From: Candidatus Latescibacterota bacterium
GTDB lineage: Bacteria > Latescibacterota > UBA2968 > UBA8231
Direction of reading: 5' to 3'
Length of the DNA: 64,000 nucleotides
Assembly (NCBI GenBank): GCA_965221775.1
Contig: CBDCSU010000004.1
Location: forward strand, 256,001 to 320,000
The position numbers and the translations under genes were made by a program. The notes beneath the pieces are model-generated. The model was given only the letters and a program-made list of their open reading frames with translations, did not search any database and was not told the origin of the DNA. How positions within the stretch are numbered: the stretch's first letter is position 1; every line of letters starts with the position of its first letter. This document shows, in pieces, positions 9,338 through 18,203 of the stretch.

Positions 9338-9705
9338 AGATGCTCGTCAGGATCTTCGCCGGGGCCCTCCTGCTTCTGGGCGCGGCCTCTGCCGTCAGCT
9401 TTCTCGTGGGAGCCTTCCCCGTCATCCTCCTCCCCTGGGACGGATTCCATGGCCCCCCTGGGGGGTTCGGAGTCTCGGGCTGGTTCGGTGATGCCCTCGG
9501 GGCCATCGTGCTGGTCACGCTCTTCGGCGTCCTGCTCAATGGGGGTTACTGGATCCACGTCCATCTGGAAGACCGCAGAGCCCGCACGAAGGGCGCGCTG
9601 CCCGAAGGGGACGTGGCCCGGCGGCTGGACGAGCTCGAGGCCCGCACCCGGGACGTCCTCGACGTGATGATCGCCTTGAGCGAGAAGATGGACCGCTGGG
9701 AACGG
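9242..9705 (+). repeat. 45-bp direct repeat (9242-9286 and 9661-9705)
   Basis: GACGTGATGATCGCC(C/T)TGAGCGAGAAGATGGACCGCTGGGA(G/A)CGG; 43/45 identical, both differences synonymous. Confidence 0.9.
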
Positions 9706-9747
9706 CAAGGCGCGCCCGCCGCCGCCGACCGCACCCCCGGGAATTGA
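9340..9747 (+). CDS. Small membrane protein, paralogous C-terminal coiled coil
   Basis: ATG at 9340 after GGAG; MLVRIFAGALLLL... with two TM segments; ends VARRLDELEARTRDVLDVMIALSEKMDRWER. Confidence 0.7.
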   Translation: MLVRIFAGALLLLGAASAVSFLVGAFPVILLPWDGFHGPPGGFGVSGWFGDALGAIVLVTLFGVLLNGGYWIHVHLEDRRARTKGALPEGDVARRLDELEARTRDVLDVMIALSEKMDRWERQGAPAAADRTPGN

Positions 9748-9761
9748 GGAGGAGCGCGATC

Positions 9762-9908
9762 ATGCTTGTCAGAATACTCGGCGCCGCCCTGCTGGCCGTG
9801 GGCGTCGTCCTCGCCCTGGACATGCTGCTGGGGGTGCTCTGGTCGATCCTCTCGGTGGCCTTCGTCGCCGTCCTCCTCTGGGGCGGATGGAGACTGCTGA
9901 AGTCGTGA
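9762..9908 (+). CDS. 48-aa hydrophobic membrane peptide (not in ORF track)
   Basis: GAGGAGGAG RBS; MLVRILGAALLAVGVVLALDMLLGVLWSILSVAFVAVLLWGGWRLLKS*; its stop overlaps the kinase GTG start (GTGA). Confidence 0.75.
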   Translation: MLVRILGAALLAVGVVLALDMLLGVLWSILSVAFVAVLLWGGWRLLKS

Positions 9909-11326
9909 CCTCCGCGGCCTCGGCCGGCCAGCGGGCCCTTCTGGAAGAGGGTCGCCGGCTCTTCCGCCAGGGCCGTCACCCCGAGGCCCGCCAGATCCTC
10001 CAGCGGGCCCTGGAGCCCTCCTCGGAGCAGGCCCCCGGGAACGGTGCCGCCGAGATGCTCTTCCTGCGGGGGATGTGCCACCTGCAGGAGGGCGCCGAGG
10101 CCGACGGCGTGGAGGACCTGGAAGCGGCCGCCGGCCAGGGCTGGCTGGAGGCTCGGTTCCAGCTCGCCCAGCACTACGCGGCCAAGGGCCGACGCGGCGA
10201 TCTGCGCCGGCGGGCCATCTCCCACCTCCGGCAGGTCCTGGCGGCCGACGCCGACGATCCCAGCCTCGCCGCCGGCCGCGACCGTGTCTGCTTCGCCCTG
10301 GGCGGCCTCTACGCCGAAGGCGACGAGCCCGGCGACGTCGACCGCGGCATCGCCGCCTACCGCCAGGGCCTCTCCGTCAACCCCCTCTCCGCCGTCGGGC
10401 ACAACAGCCTGGGACAGCTCCTGATGCGCTTCGAGCCCCTCGGCGCCCTCGGCGAGTTCAAGGTGGCCCTGCAGCTGGACCCGGACCTCCGGGCCGCCTG
10501 CGGCAACCTCGCCCGCCTCCTGGTCGAGCGCATCCCCCCGCGGGAGCTGGCCGCCGAGTACGCCCGCATCGTCGAGGAGTTCGAGGAGCGGGCCCCCCAC
10601 GTGCTCGCCCGCCTGTCCCAGGAGCTGGTGGAGCTGGGGCGCGAGCAGGCCTATCGCGGCCTGTACACCAAGGGCCACCAGCTGAAGAACCTGATCGGCC
10701 TCGTGGGCAGCCGGCTGCGTCGGCTGACCCGCAAGCTGCCTTGCGAGGACGGCGCGGCCGCGGAGCTGCGCCAGGTCGAGCAGGAGCACGCCCGCCTTTA
10801 CGATGAATGGGTGGGCTATCTGTCGGCCATGACCCCCGACCGGGTCGTCACCGGCCTGGTCGATCCCGCCCGGGTCGCCCGCCGGGTGGTGGAAGCCCTC
10901 GGCGCCGACACGCAGGTCGCGTTGGGAATGCGGGTGCAGGAGGGAGTGCCGCGGATCGAGGCGGACGAGCGCCTGCTCCGGGAGGCGGTGACCAACCTGT
11001 GCCTCAATGCCATACAGGCCGTCTCGGGGGAGGCCTTGCCGGGGGAGGTCTCCGTCGGCGTCGGTTTCGACGTCCACGGGGTGTTCATCGAGGTGGAGGA
11101 TTCCGGGCCGGGCATCCCCGCCGACGTGATCGACCACGTCTTCGATCCGGGGTTCACCACCCGGAGCCAGGGCAACGGCTACGGTCTCGCCATCGCCCAG
11201 CGGATCGCCCAGGCCCACCACGGCGACCTCCGGGTCAAGAGCCGCGTCGGCCGAGGCACCGTGTTCCGCCTCGACCTGCCGGTCAACTACGAAGCCGAGA
11301 GCCGGGTCGGCGGGGAGGTTCTGTGA
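9905..11326 (+). CDS. Cytoplasmic TPR-repeat sensor histidine kinase
   Basis: TPR-like helices; H-box GHQLKNLIG; N-box NLCLNAIQA; G1 DSGPGI; F/G2 FTTRSQGNGYGL; no TM segment. Confidence 0.87.
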   Translation: MTSAASAGQRALLEEGRRLFRQGRHPEARQILQRALEPSSEQAPGNGAAEMLFLRGMCHLQEGAEADGVEDLEAAAGQGWLEARFQLAQHYAAKGRRGDLRRRAISHLRQVLAADADDPSLAAGRDRVCFALGGLYAEGDEPGDVDRGIAAYRQGLSVNPLSAVGHNSLGQLLMRFEPLGALGEFKVALQLDPDLRAACGNLARLLVERIPPRELAAEYARIVEEFEERAPHVLARLSQELVELGREQAYRGLYTKGHQLKNLIGLVGSRLRRLTRKLPCEDGAAAELRQVEQEHARLYDEWVGYLSAMTPDRVVTGLVDPARVARRVVEALGADTQVALGMRVQEGVPRIEADERLLREAVTNLCLNAIQAVSGEALPGEVSVGVGFDVHGVFIEVEDSGPGIPADVIDHVFDPGFTTRSQGNGYGLAIAQRIAQAHHGDLRVKSRVGRGTVFRLDLPVNYEAESRVGGEVL

Positions 11327-12747
11327 GCGAGCGGGGCCGCGTCCTCATCGCCGACGATCAGCCGGAGGTGCGCGAGTTGCTGGCCGAGAAGCTGCGGGCC
11401 CGGGGCAAGGAGGCCGAGGTCTTCCACACGGGGAGGGAGTTGCTCGACCACCTGGCCGCCCATGGCGAAGGGGTGGAGCTGGCCGTTCTCGACCTCGACT
11501 TCGGCGCTGCCGAGCCCGATGGCCTGGCGGTCCTCAAGCGGGTGAGGCGGCTCTGCCCGGAGCTGCCGGTGATCATCCTCACGGGCAAAGGGTCCGTCGA
11601 CTCCGCCGTTGCCGCCGTGCAGGAGGGCGCCGCCGACTACATCGAGAAGGACCTCTACGTGGAGGACAAACTCGAGCTCGGCATGGAGAAGGTCGAGCGC
11701 ATGCTCCATGTGCTGCAGGAGAACGCGCGGCTGCGGGCGGAGAACGAAACCCTCGACCGCGACAACCTCTACTACCGCTCGGAGCTGGGAGCCCGCTACC
11801 ACATCGTCCAGGCCAGCGGCCGCGTGGAGCAGATCCTGCGGCAGGTCCAGCAGGTGGCCTCCATCCCGCGGCCCGTTCTCGTGCGGGGAGAGCGGGGGAC
11901 GGGCAAGGAGCTGATCGCCGCGGCCCTGCACTACGGGGGCAGCCGCGCCGAGCGGCCCTTCGTCAAGCTGAACTGCTCGGCCCTCTCCGAGACCCTGCTC
12001 GAGTCGGAGCTCTTCGGCCACGAGCGGGGGGCCTTCACCGGCGCCGGCGACACCCGTCGGGGGCGTTTCGAGACCGCCGACGGCGGTACCCTGTTCCTCG
12101 ACGAGATCGGCAACACCAGCCTCGAGTTCCAGAAGATCCTGCTGCGCGTCATCGAGTACCAGGAGTTCGAGCGCATCGGCGGCTCCCGCACGATCCGCGT
12201 GGACGTGCGCATCGTGGCAGCCACCAACGCCGACCTCGAGAGCGAGATCGAGGCGGGCCGCTTCCGCGCCGATCTCTACGACCGCCTGCGGTTCACCGAG
12301 ATCTCCCTGCCGCCCCTGCGCGACCGGCGCGAGGACATCCGCCCCCTGGTGGCGTTCTTCTCCCACCAGCTGTCCGAGGAAGTCGCCTCGATCCCGGAGC
12401 GCCCCTTCGACGAGCCCAGCCTGGCGGTCCTGGAGTCCTATGCCTGGCCGGGCAACGTGCGGGAGCTGAAGTTCGCCGTGGAACGAGCCCTGTGCGTGGC
12501 CCGGGAGGACCGGGTGACGGTCTCCGACCTGCCGCCCGAGATCGTCGGCGAAAGCGGATCCGCCCTCATCGGGAGGGCGCGCCTGCCCGGGACCTTCGAC
12601 GAGCAGATGGCCGCCGTCGAGAGAGGCCTGCTGCTCGCCGCCCTCGAGCGCAGCGGCCACAGCCAGAAGGACGCCGCGGCCTCCCTCGACCTGACCTACG
12701 ACCGTTTCCGCCACCTCCTGCGCAAGCACGGACTCACCCGGGCGTGA
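11323..12747 (+). CDS. Sigma-54-dependent response regulator (REC + PspF-like AAA+ + HTH)
   Basis: REC domain (IADD, VLDLD, ILTG, IEK); GERGTGKELIA, GAFTGA, FLDEIG and WPGNVRELK; C-terminal QKDAAASLDLTYDRFRHLLRKHGL. Confidence 0.92.
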   Translation: MSERGRVLIADDQPEVRELLAEKLRARGKEAEVFHTGRELLDHLAAHGEGVELAVLDLDFGAAEPDGLAVLKRVRRLCPELPVIILTGKGSVDSAVAAVQEGAADYIEKDLYVEDKLELGMEKVERMLHVLQENARLRAENETLDRDNLYYRSELGARYHIVQASGRVEQILRQVQQVASIPRPVLVRGERGTGKELIAAALHYGGSRAERPFVKLNCSALSETLLESELFGHERGAFTGAGDTRRGRFETADGGTLFLDEIGNTSLEFQKILLRVIEYQEFERIGGSRTIRVDVRIVAATNADLESEIEAGRFRADLYDRLRFTEISLPPLRDRREDIRPLVAFFSHQLSEEVASIPERPFDEPSLAVLESYAWPGNVRELKFAVERALCVAREDRVTVSDLPPEIVGESGSALIGRARLPGTFDEQMAAVERGLLLAALERSGHSQKDAAASLDLTYDRFRHLLRKHGLTRA

Positions 12748-12894
12748 TCGTCCATCCGGCCGAGTGAGGGCCGACCCGACGCGGGGCGTTCTCCACGATT
12801 CGGACGCCCGGCGGGGCTCCCACCTTGACGCGGGTCCCCCTCACGCCTTCTTAGCGGGGTTCCCGCCGCAGCGCCTCCAACCGCGTAGAAGGCG

Positions 12895-13212
12895 ATGATG
12901 GAGAAGCAGTTCAAGGTCGAGACCTTCCTCGGCGGCGACCTGGCCGAGCTCTACGAGGCCGTCATGGAGCAGTTCGAGGCCTCCGGCTTCTCGAGCCTCT
13001 CCGAGATGAACCAGGCGCTGCTGCGCACCGGGCTGCTGCTGCACCTGACGATGCTGACCTCCATGGGTGCGGTCGCCGACGAGCAGCGGCGGCTCCGGTT
13101 GGAGGAACTGGCCGAGAAGGTGGGCCGGGAGAACCTGATGTGGGAGGTGGTGGAGCTGGCCCGGCGCCACTGGAAGGAGGGGGGGGCCGGCAGTATCGAC
13201 CTGCAGGCCTGA
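12895..13212 (+). CDS. Hypothetical protein
   Basis: ORF with normal codon bias and a weak RBS (AGAAGG); no secure family assignment. Confidence 0.6.
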   Translation: MMEKQFKVETFLGGDLAELYEAVMEQFEASGFSSLSEMNQALLRTGLLLHLTMLTSMGAVADEQRRLRLEELAEKVGRENLMWEVVELARRHWKEGGAGSIDLQA

Positions 13213-13287
13213 GACCGAGCCTTCGGGATCTGCGCCCACATAGCATAACATGCTGAATTGACTGGAGTTATGATCCGAATCGGCAAT

Positions 13288-13316
13288 TTGACAGGGGGGC
13301 GCGGGGCCCGTACATT
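13288..13316 (+). promoter_or_regulatory. Sigma-70 promoter upstream of iscU-sodA
   Basis: TTGACA-N17-TACATT. Confidence 0.75.
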
Positions 13317-13328
13317 CCTGCCACTCTG

Positions 13329-13712
13329 ATGGGAATGTACTCCGTGTCGGAAGCCTACAACGAGACCGTCCTCGACCACTACCGGAACCCCCGGAATGTG
13401 GGCGTTCTCAAAGACGCCAATGCCGTCGGCAAAGCGGAGAATTCGGCTTGCGGAGACGTTCTCCACCTCTACTTGGCCATCGACGGAGGCCGGGTGGTCG
13501 ACTCGCGCTTCCAGACCTTCGGATGCGCGGCCGCCATCGCCGCCGGCTCGAGGCTGACCGAGATGGTCACCGGCGCCACCCTCGACGAGGTACGGGCCAT
13601 CCGCCGGCGAGACGTGGTCGAAGCCCTCGGCGGACTTCCGCCGATGAAGGTCCATTGCTCGGTTCTGGCCGAGGACGCCCTTCGCGACGCACTCGAAGCG
13701 TACGAGCACTGA
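13329..13712 (+). CDS. iscU: Fe-S cluster assembly scaffold, IscU/NifU-N family
   Basis: VLDHYRNPRNVG, ACGD, TFGCAAAIA and LPPMKVHCSVLAEDA (three Cys); start may be ATG 13335. Confidence 0.9.
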   Translation: MGMYSVSEAYNETVLDHYRNPRNVGVLKDANAVGKAENSACGDVLHLYLAIDGGRVVDSRFQTFGCAAAIAAGSRLTEMVTGATLDEVRAIRRRDVVEALGGLPPMKVHCSVLAEDALRDALEAYEH

Positions 13713-13760
13713 AGCTCCCCGGAACGACAAACCGACAACCTCCACGAAAGGACGCCTTCC

Positions 13761-14375
<615 letters not shown>

Positions 14376-14456
14376 GCCCCGCGCCGGGAGCCCGCCCGGG
14401 TTCCCGGCGATCACCCATCGGCGGCCTCGCGCCGCCTCACCAGAAAAGGGCTTGCC

Positions 14457-14921
14457 ATGGCGATCCATCCCGGTGATCCGGCTCCGGATTTCACCCTGAA
14501 GAACACGGACCTGGAGGAGGTGACCCTCTCCTCCCTCCGGGGCCGAAACGTCGTCCTCCTGTTCGTGCCGCTGGCCTTCACCGGCGTGTGCACACAGGAA
14601 TTCTGCGAGGTCTCCCGCGGGATCTCGGCCTACTCCGCCCTCGACGCCGAGGTCCTCGGCATCAGCGTCGACAGTCCCTTCGCGCAGAAGGCCTGGGCCG
14701 AGCAGGAGGGGATCACCATCTCCCTGCTGAGCGATTTCAACAGGGAGGTCTGCGGCGCCTACGGTGCCCGGTACGAAGATCTGCTGGGCATGGTCGGCGT
14801 GGCCAAGCGTTCGGCCTTCGTCATCGACAAGGAGGGGACCGTCCGGTACGCCTCCGTCTCCGATGACGCCAAGGTCCTGCCCGACTTCGAGGCGGTGAAG
14901 GCCTGCCTCGAGTCGTTGTAG
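14457..14921 (+). CDS. Peroxiredoxin (AhpC/TSA, AhpE-like)
   Basis: APDFTL, PLAFTGVCTQE, GISVDS and RSAFVID. Confidence 0.88.
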   Translation: MAIHPGDPAPDFTLKNTDLEEVTLSSLRGRNVVLLFVPLAFTGVCTQEFCEVSRGISAYSALDAEVLGISVDSPFAQKAWAEQEGITISLLSDFNREVCGAYGARYEDLLGMVGVAKRSAFVIDKEGTVRYASVSDDAKVLPDFEAVKACLESL

Positions 14922-14957
14922 TCACAGGAACCTTCCCAAGGCCCAGGCCACGCCGCG

Positions 14958-16403
14958 ATGCGCGCTGAAGGGACAGGCCGCCCCTTGGCGGCTCCCGCAG
15001 AGGTCCACGACTCGACCTCTCTGGCCGGTACCCGGCTCCCCGGACAGGGCTGCGCCGACACGTCGGCCCTTGCCACTGCTCTCGACGAGTCTCACCGCGA
15101 CCTCCTCGACGGGGAGTTCTGGCGCACGATCCCCGCCTACGCCGGTCTGGGTGCTGACGAGTTCCACGATCACCGGTTCCAGAGCCGGAACTGCGTCTCC
15201 AGCCTCCAGAAGCTGCGTCAGGTTCTGCGCGGCCTCGTCTCCGAGGCGTTCTACGCCGATGTCGAAGCGGGTCTGCGCAGATCGACGATGAGCCTGCGCA
15301 TCTCGCCGTACTTGATGTCTCTGGTCGACTGGTCGGCGCCTGACGTCGATCCGATCCGCATCCAGTTCCTGCCTCTCGGCTCGCGGCATGAGGCCGATCA
15401 CCCGGAGCTGGCCCTCGACTCCCTCAACGAACAGGCCGATTCACCCGTGCCCGGGCTCACGCACCGGTACCACGACCGGGCCCTGTTCCTGGCCCTGGAC
15501 ACCTGTCCCGTGTACTGCCGCTTCTGCACCCGTTCCTACTCGGTGGGCCTCGACACCGCCGGCGTTGACAAGGTCCACTTCGGGGTCAGCCGCGAGCGCT
15601 GGGAGCAGGCCTTCGACTACATCCGCCGCACTCCCGCCATCGAGGACGTGGTCGTCAGCGGCGGCGACATGTACAACCTCAAGGCCGAGCAGGTCGAGTT
15701 GCTGGGCAGAACCCTCCTCGACATCGAGCACGTACGCAGGTTCCGCTACGCCACCAAGGGCCCGGCGGTGATGCCGCAAAAGCTGGTCACCGATCCCGAC
15801 TGGGTGCGCGCACTTGCCGAGGTCGGCGCCGAGGGCCGCCGCCGCCACAAGGAGGTGGCCCTGCACACGCACTTCAACCACCCCGCCGAGATCACCGCCT
15901 TCACCCGCCGCGCCATGGAAGGGCTGATGGCGCAGGGCATGGTCGTCCGCAACCAGACGGTGCTGCAGCGCGGGGTGAACGACGACGCCGACACCATGCA
16001 GCTCCTGGTCCGGCGCCTGGGCTATCTGAACATCCATCCCTACTACGTCTTTCTGCACGACATGGTCCGCGGCGTCGAAGAGTTGCGCACGAGTCTGCGG
16101 ACCGCCATCGATATCGAGAAGCAGGTACGCGGCGTCACCGCGGGTTTCAACCTTCCCGCCTTCGTTCTCGACACCATGGGGGGCGGGGGCAAGCGCGACG
16201 TCCACTCCTACGAGCGCTACGACCAGGAGACCGGCATCTCCGTCTTCACCAGTCCCGTGGTGAGGCCGGGGCAGCGGTTCCTGTTCTTCGACCCGCTGCA
16301 CAGCCTCGGGCCGAATGCGCGCGCGCTCTGGTCCGATCCCGACTCCAGGGCCGGCATGATCGCCGAGGCCCTGCAGGACCAGGCCGCAGGAGCCAGATCC
16401 TGA
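14958..16403 (+). CDS. KamA family radical SAM aminomutase
   Basis: PVPGLTHRY, CPVYCRFCTR, SGGD, HTHFNHP, NQTVL.RGVND and GGGGK (PLP Lys); start uncertain. Confidence 0.88.
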   Translation: MRAEGTGRPLAAPAEVHDSTSLAGTRLPGQGCADTSALATALDESHRDLLDGEFWRTIPAYAGLGADEFHDHRFQSRNCVSSLQKLRQVLRGLVSEAFYADVEAGLRRSTMSLRISPYLMSLVDWSAPDVDPIRIQFLPLGSRHEADHPELALDSLNEQADSPVPGLTHRYHDRALFLALDTCPVYCRFCTRSYSVGLDTAGVDKVHFGVSRERWEQAFDYIRRTPAIEDVVVSGGDMYNLKAEQVELLGRTLLDIEHVRRFRYATKGPAVMPQKLVTDPDWVRALAEVGAEGRRRHKEVALHTHFNHPAEITAFTRRAMEGLMAQGMVVRNQTVLQRGVNDDADTMQLLVRRLGYLNIHPYYVFLHDMVRGVEELRTSLRTAIDIEKQVRGVTAGFNLPAFVLDTMGGGGKRDVHSYERYDQETGISVFTSPVVRPGQRFLFFDPLHSLGPNARALWSDPDSRAGMIAEALQDQAAGARS

Positions 16404-16487
16404 CGATGGGAGCCTGCCAGGCAGGTTTCCAGGGTGGAGAAGGGCCCCGCGAGGGCGCCTGCTCCCGGAAACGGAAGTGACGACAAA

Positions 16488-18188
16488 ATGGACCCAAAGG
16501 CAGTCACTCTGCCCGCCGACCTGTGGCTGGCCGTCCTCTGCGGCCTCGGGTTGCTGCTGGTGGGCGTCGGCATCGGGTATCTCATCAGCCTCTATCTGCG
16601 GAGGCCCGATCAGAACCGTCTGGAGGAGGAAGCCGAGGCCAGGGCCGTGCGCCGCCTCGCCGAGCAGGAGCGCGCCCAGCGTCTGACATTTCTCGAGGAG
16701 AAGGACGGCTGGTACAAGCTGAAGGCCGATCAGGAGAACCAGTTGGAGACGGCCCTCGAAGAGCAGGGCCGCCGGGAGAAGGACCTGGCCACCCGGGAGC
16801 GGGAGATCGACACCCGGCGGCAGGAGGTGCGCAAGGAGTGGAGCCGCTTCAAGAACCAGGAGCGGCGCCTCAACTCGAGGGAGCGCAGCCTCCGGTCCAG
16901 CGAGGTGGAGATCGAGTCGCTGCAGCGGGAGTACCGGGAGAAACTGGAGCTCGCGGCCAATCTCACCGAGGACGAGGCCAAGGAGCAGCTCCTCGAGCAC
17001 CTGTCCGGCAAGGTGCGGGCCCGGGCGGCGGCCATGATTCGGGCCGAGAGAACGCGGGCCCGGGAGGAGGCGGACCGGGAGGCGCGCAAGATCGTCGCCC
17101 AGGCTATTCAGCGCTGCGCCGTGGAGGAAGCGGAGCAGGCGGCCACCTCCACACTGACGATCCCCAGTGAGAGCCTCAAGAGTCGGATCATCGGCAAGGA
17201 GGGCCGCAACGTGCGCGCCTTCGAGAACGCCACGGGCGTCAAGGTCGTGGTCGACGACACGCCCGACACGGTGTTGCTCTCCTCCTTCGATCCCCTTCGC
17301 CGCGAGGTGGCGGCGCGCTCGATGGAGCGCCTGGTTCGCGAGGGCGGGTTCACCCCCAACCGGATCGAGGAGGTGGTGGCCGAGGCCCGCCGCCTCGTCG
17401 ACAAGGAGATGGAGGAAGCGGGTCACCGCGCCCTCGGCAAGATCGGGGCGAGCGACTATCACGCGGATCTGCCCGCTGCGGTGGGGCGGCTCAAGTTCCG
17501 CTCCAGCTACGGACAGAACCAGCTCCAGCACTGCCTGGAGGTGGGACAGCTCGCGGGGCTCATGGCCCAGGAGATCGGCCTCGACGCCACTCTCGCCCGG
17601 AGGGCCGGGCTGCTGCACGACATCGGCAAGACCGTGAGCCGGGAGATGGAGGGCTCGCACATCGAGCTCGGAGTGGAGATGGCGGAGCGCTTCGAAGAGC
17701 ACCCGGTGGTACGCGAGGTCATCGCCGAGAGCCACGAGGATCACGAGCGCGTCGATCCGATCTGCTTCCTGGTGAAGGCCGCCGACGCCATCTCCTCGGT
17801 CCGCCCGGGAGGCCGCCGGGAGGACTTCGAGGGCTACGCGCGCCGGATCATGAAGCTGGAGGAGATCGCCACTTCCTTCGAGGGGGTGAAGGACGTCTAC
17901 GCCATCAACGCCGGACGCGAGATCCGCGTCATGGTGCGCGGCGAGCAGGTGAGCGACGACGACGCCGAAATCCTGGCCTTCCACATCGCCGAGCGCGTGA
18001 AGAACGAGCTGACCTTCGCCGGCGAGGTGAAGGTGATGGTCGTCCGCGAGACCCGCGCCGCCCGGAGCACCAGCCTGCGGCCCCGCGGACCACGAGGCGG
18101 CAACGCGAGGTCGAGGCGCCGGGCCCGCGATCCCTCCCCCCGCAACGGACGGCATGCTCGCAACGGACAGCCCCGGCCCGGCGGGTAG
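16488..18188 (+). CDS. rny: Ribonuclease Y
   Basis: N-terminal TM, coiled coil, KH domain (RIIGKEGRNVR), HD domain (GLLHDIGK) and YAINAGREIRV. Confidence 0.93.
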   Translation: MDPKAVTLPADLWLAVLCGLGLLLVGVGIGYLISLYLRRPDQNRLEEEAEARAVRRLAEQERAQRLTFLEEKDGWYKLKADQENQLETALEEQGRREKDLATREREIDTRRQEVRKEWSRFKNQERRLNSRERSLRSSEVEIESLQREYREKLELAANLTEDEAKEQLLEHLSGKVRARAAAMIRAERTRAREEADREARKIVAQAIQRCAVEEAEQAATSTLTIPSESLKSRIIGKEGRNVRAFENATGVKVVVDDTPDTVLLSSFDPLRREVAARSMERLVREGGFTPNRIEEVVAEARRLVDKEMEEAGHRALGKIGASDYHADLPAAVGRLKFRSSYGQNQLQHCLEVGQLAGLMAQEIGLDATLARRAGLLHDIGKTVSREMEGSHIELGVEMAERFEEHPVVREVIAESHEDHERVDPICFLVKAADAISSVRPGGRREDFEGYARRIMKLEEIATSFEGVKDVYAINAGREIRVMVRGEQVSDDDAEILAFHIAERVKNELTFAGEVKVMVVRETRAARSTSLRPRGPRGGNARSRRRARDPSPRNGRHARNGQPRPGG

Positions 18189-18203
18189 AGCCCCGGGGTC
18201 TTC

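Noticed and set aside
9242-9705. 45-bp direct repeats as a CRISPR array or mobile-element ends
   Set aside because: Only two copies, both in frame within coding sequence with synonymous changes; no spacers, cas or transposase genes.
14382-14409. GC hairpin after sodA as a terminator or REP element
   Set aside because: No U tract and I saw no other copy in the window; its function cannot be supported.
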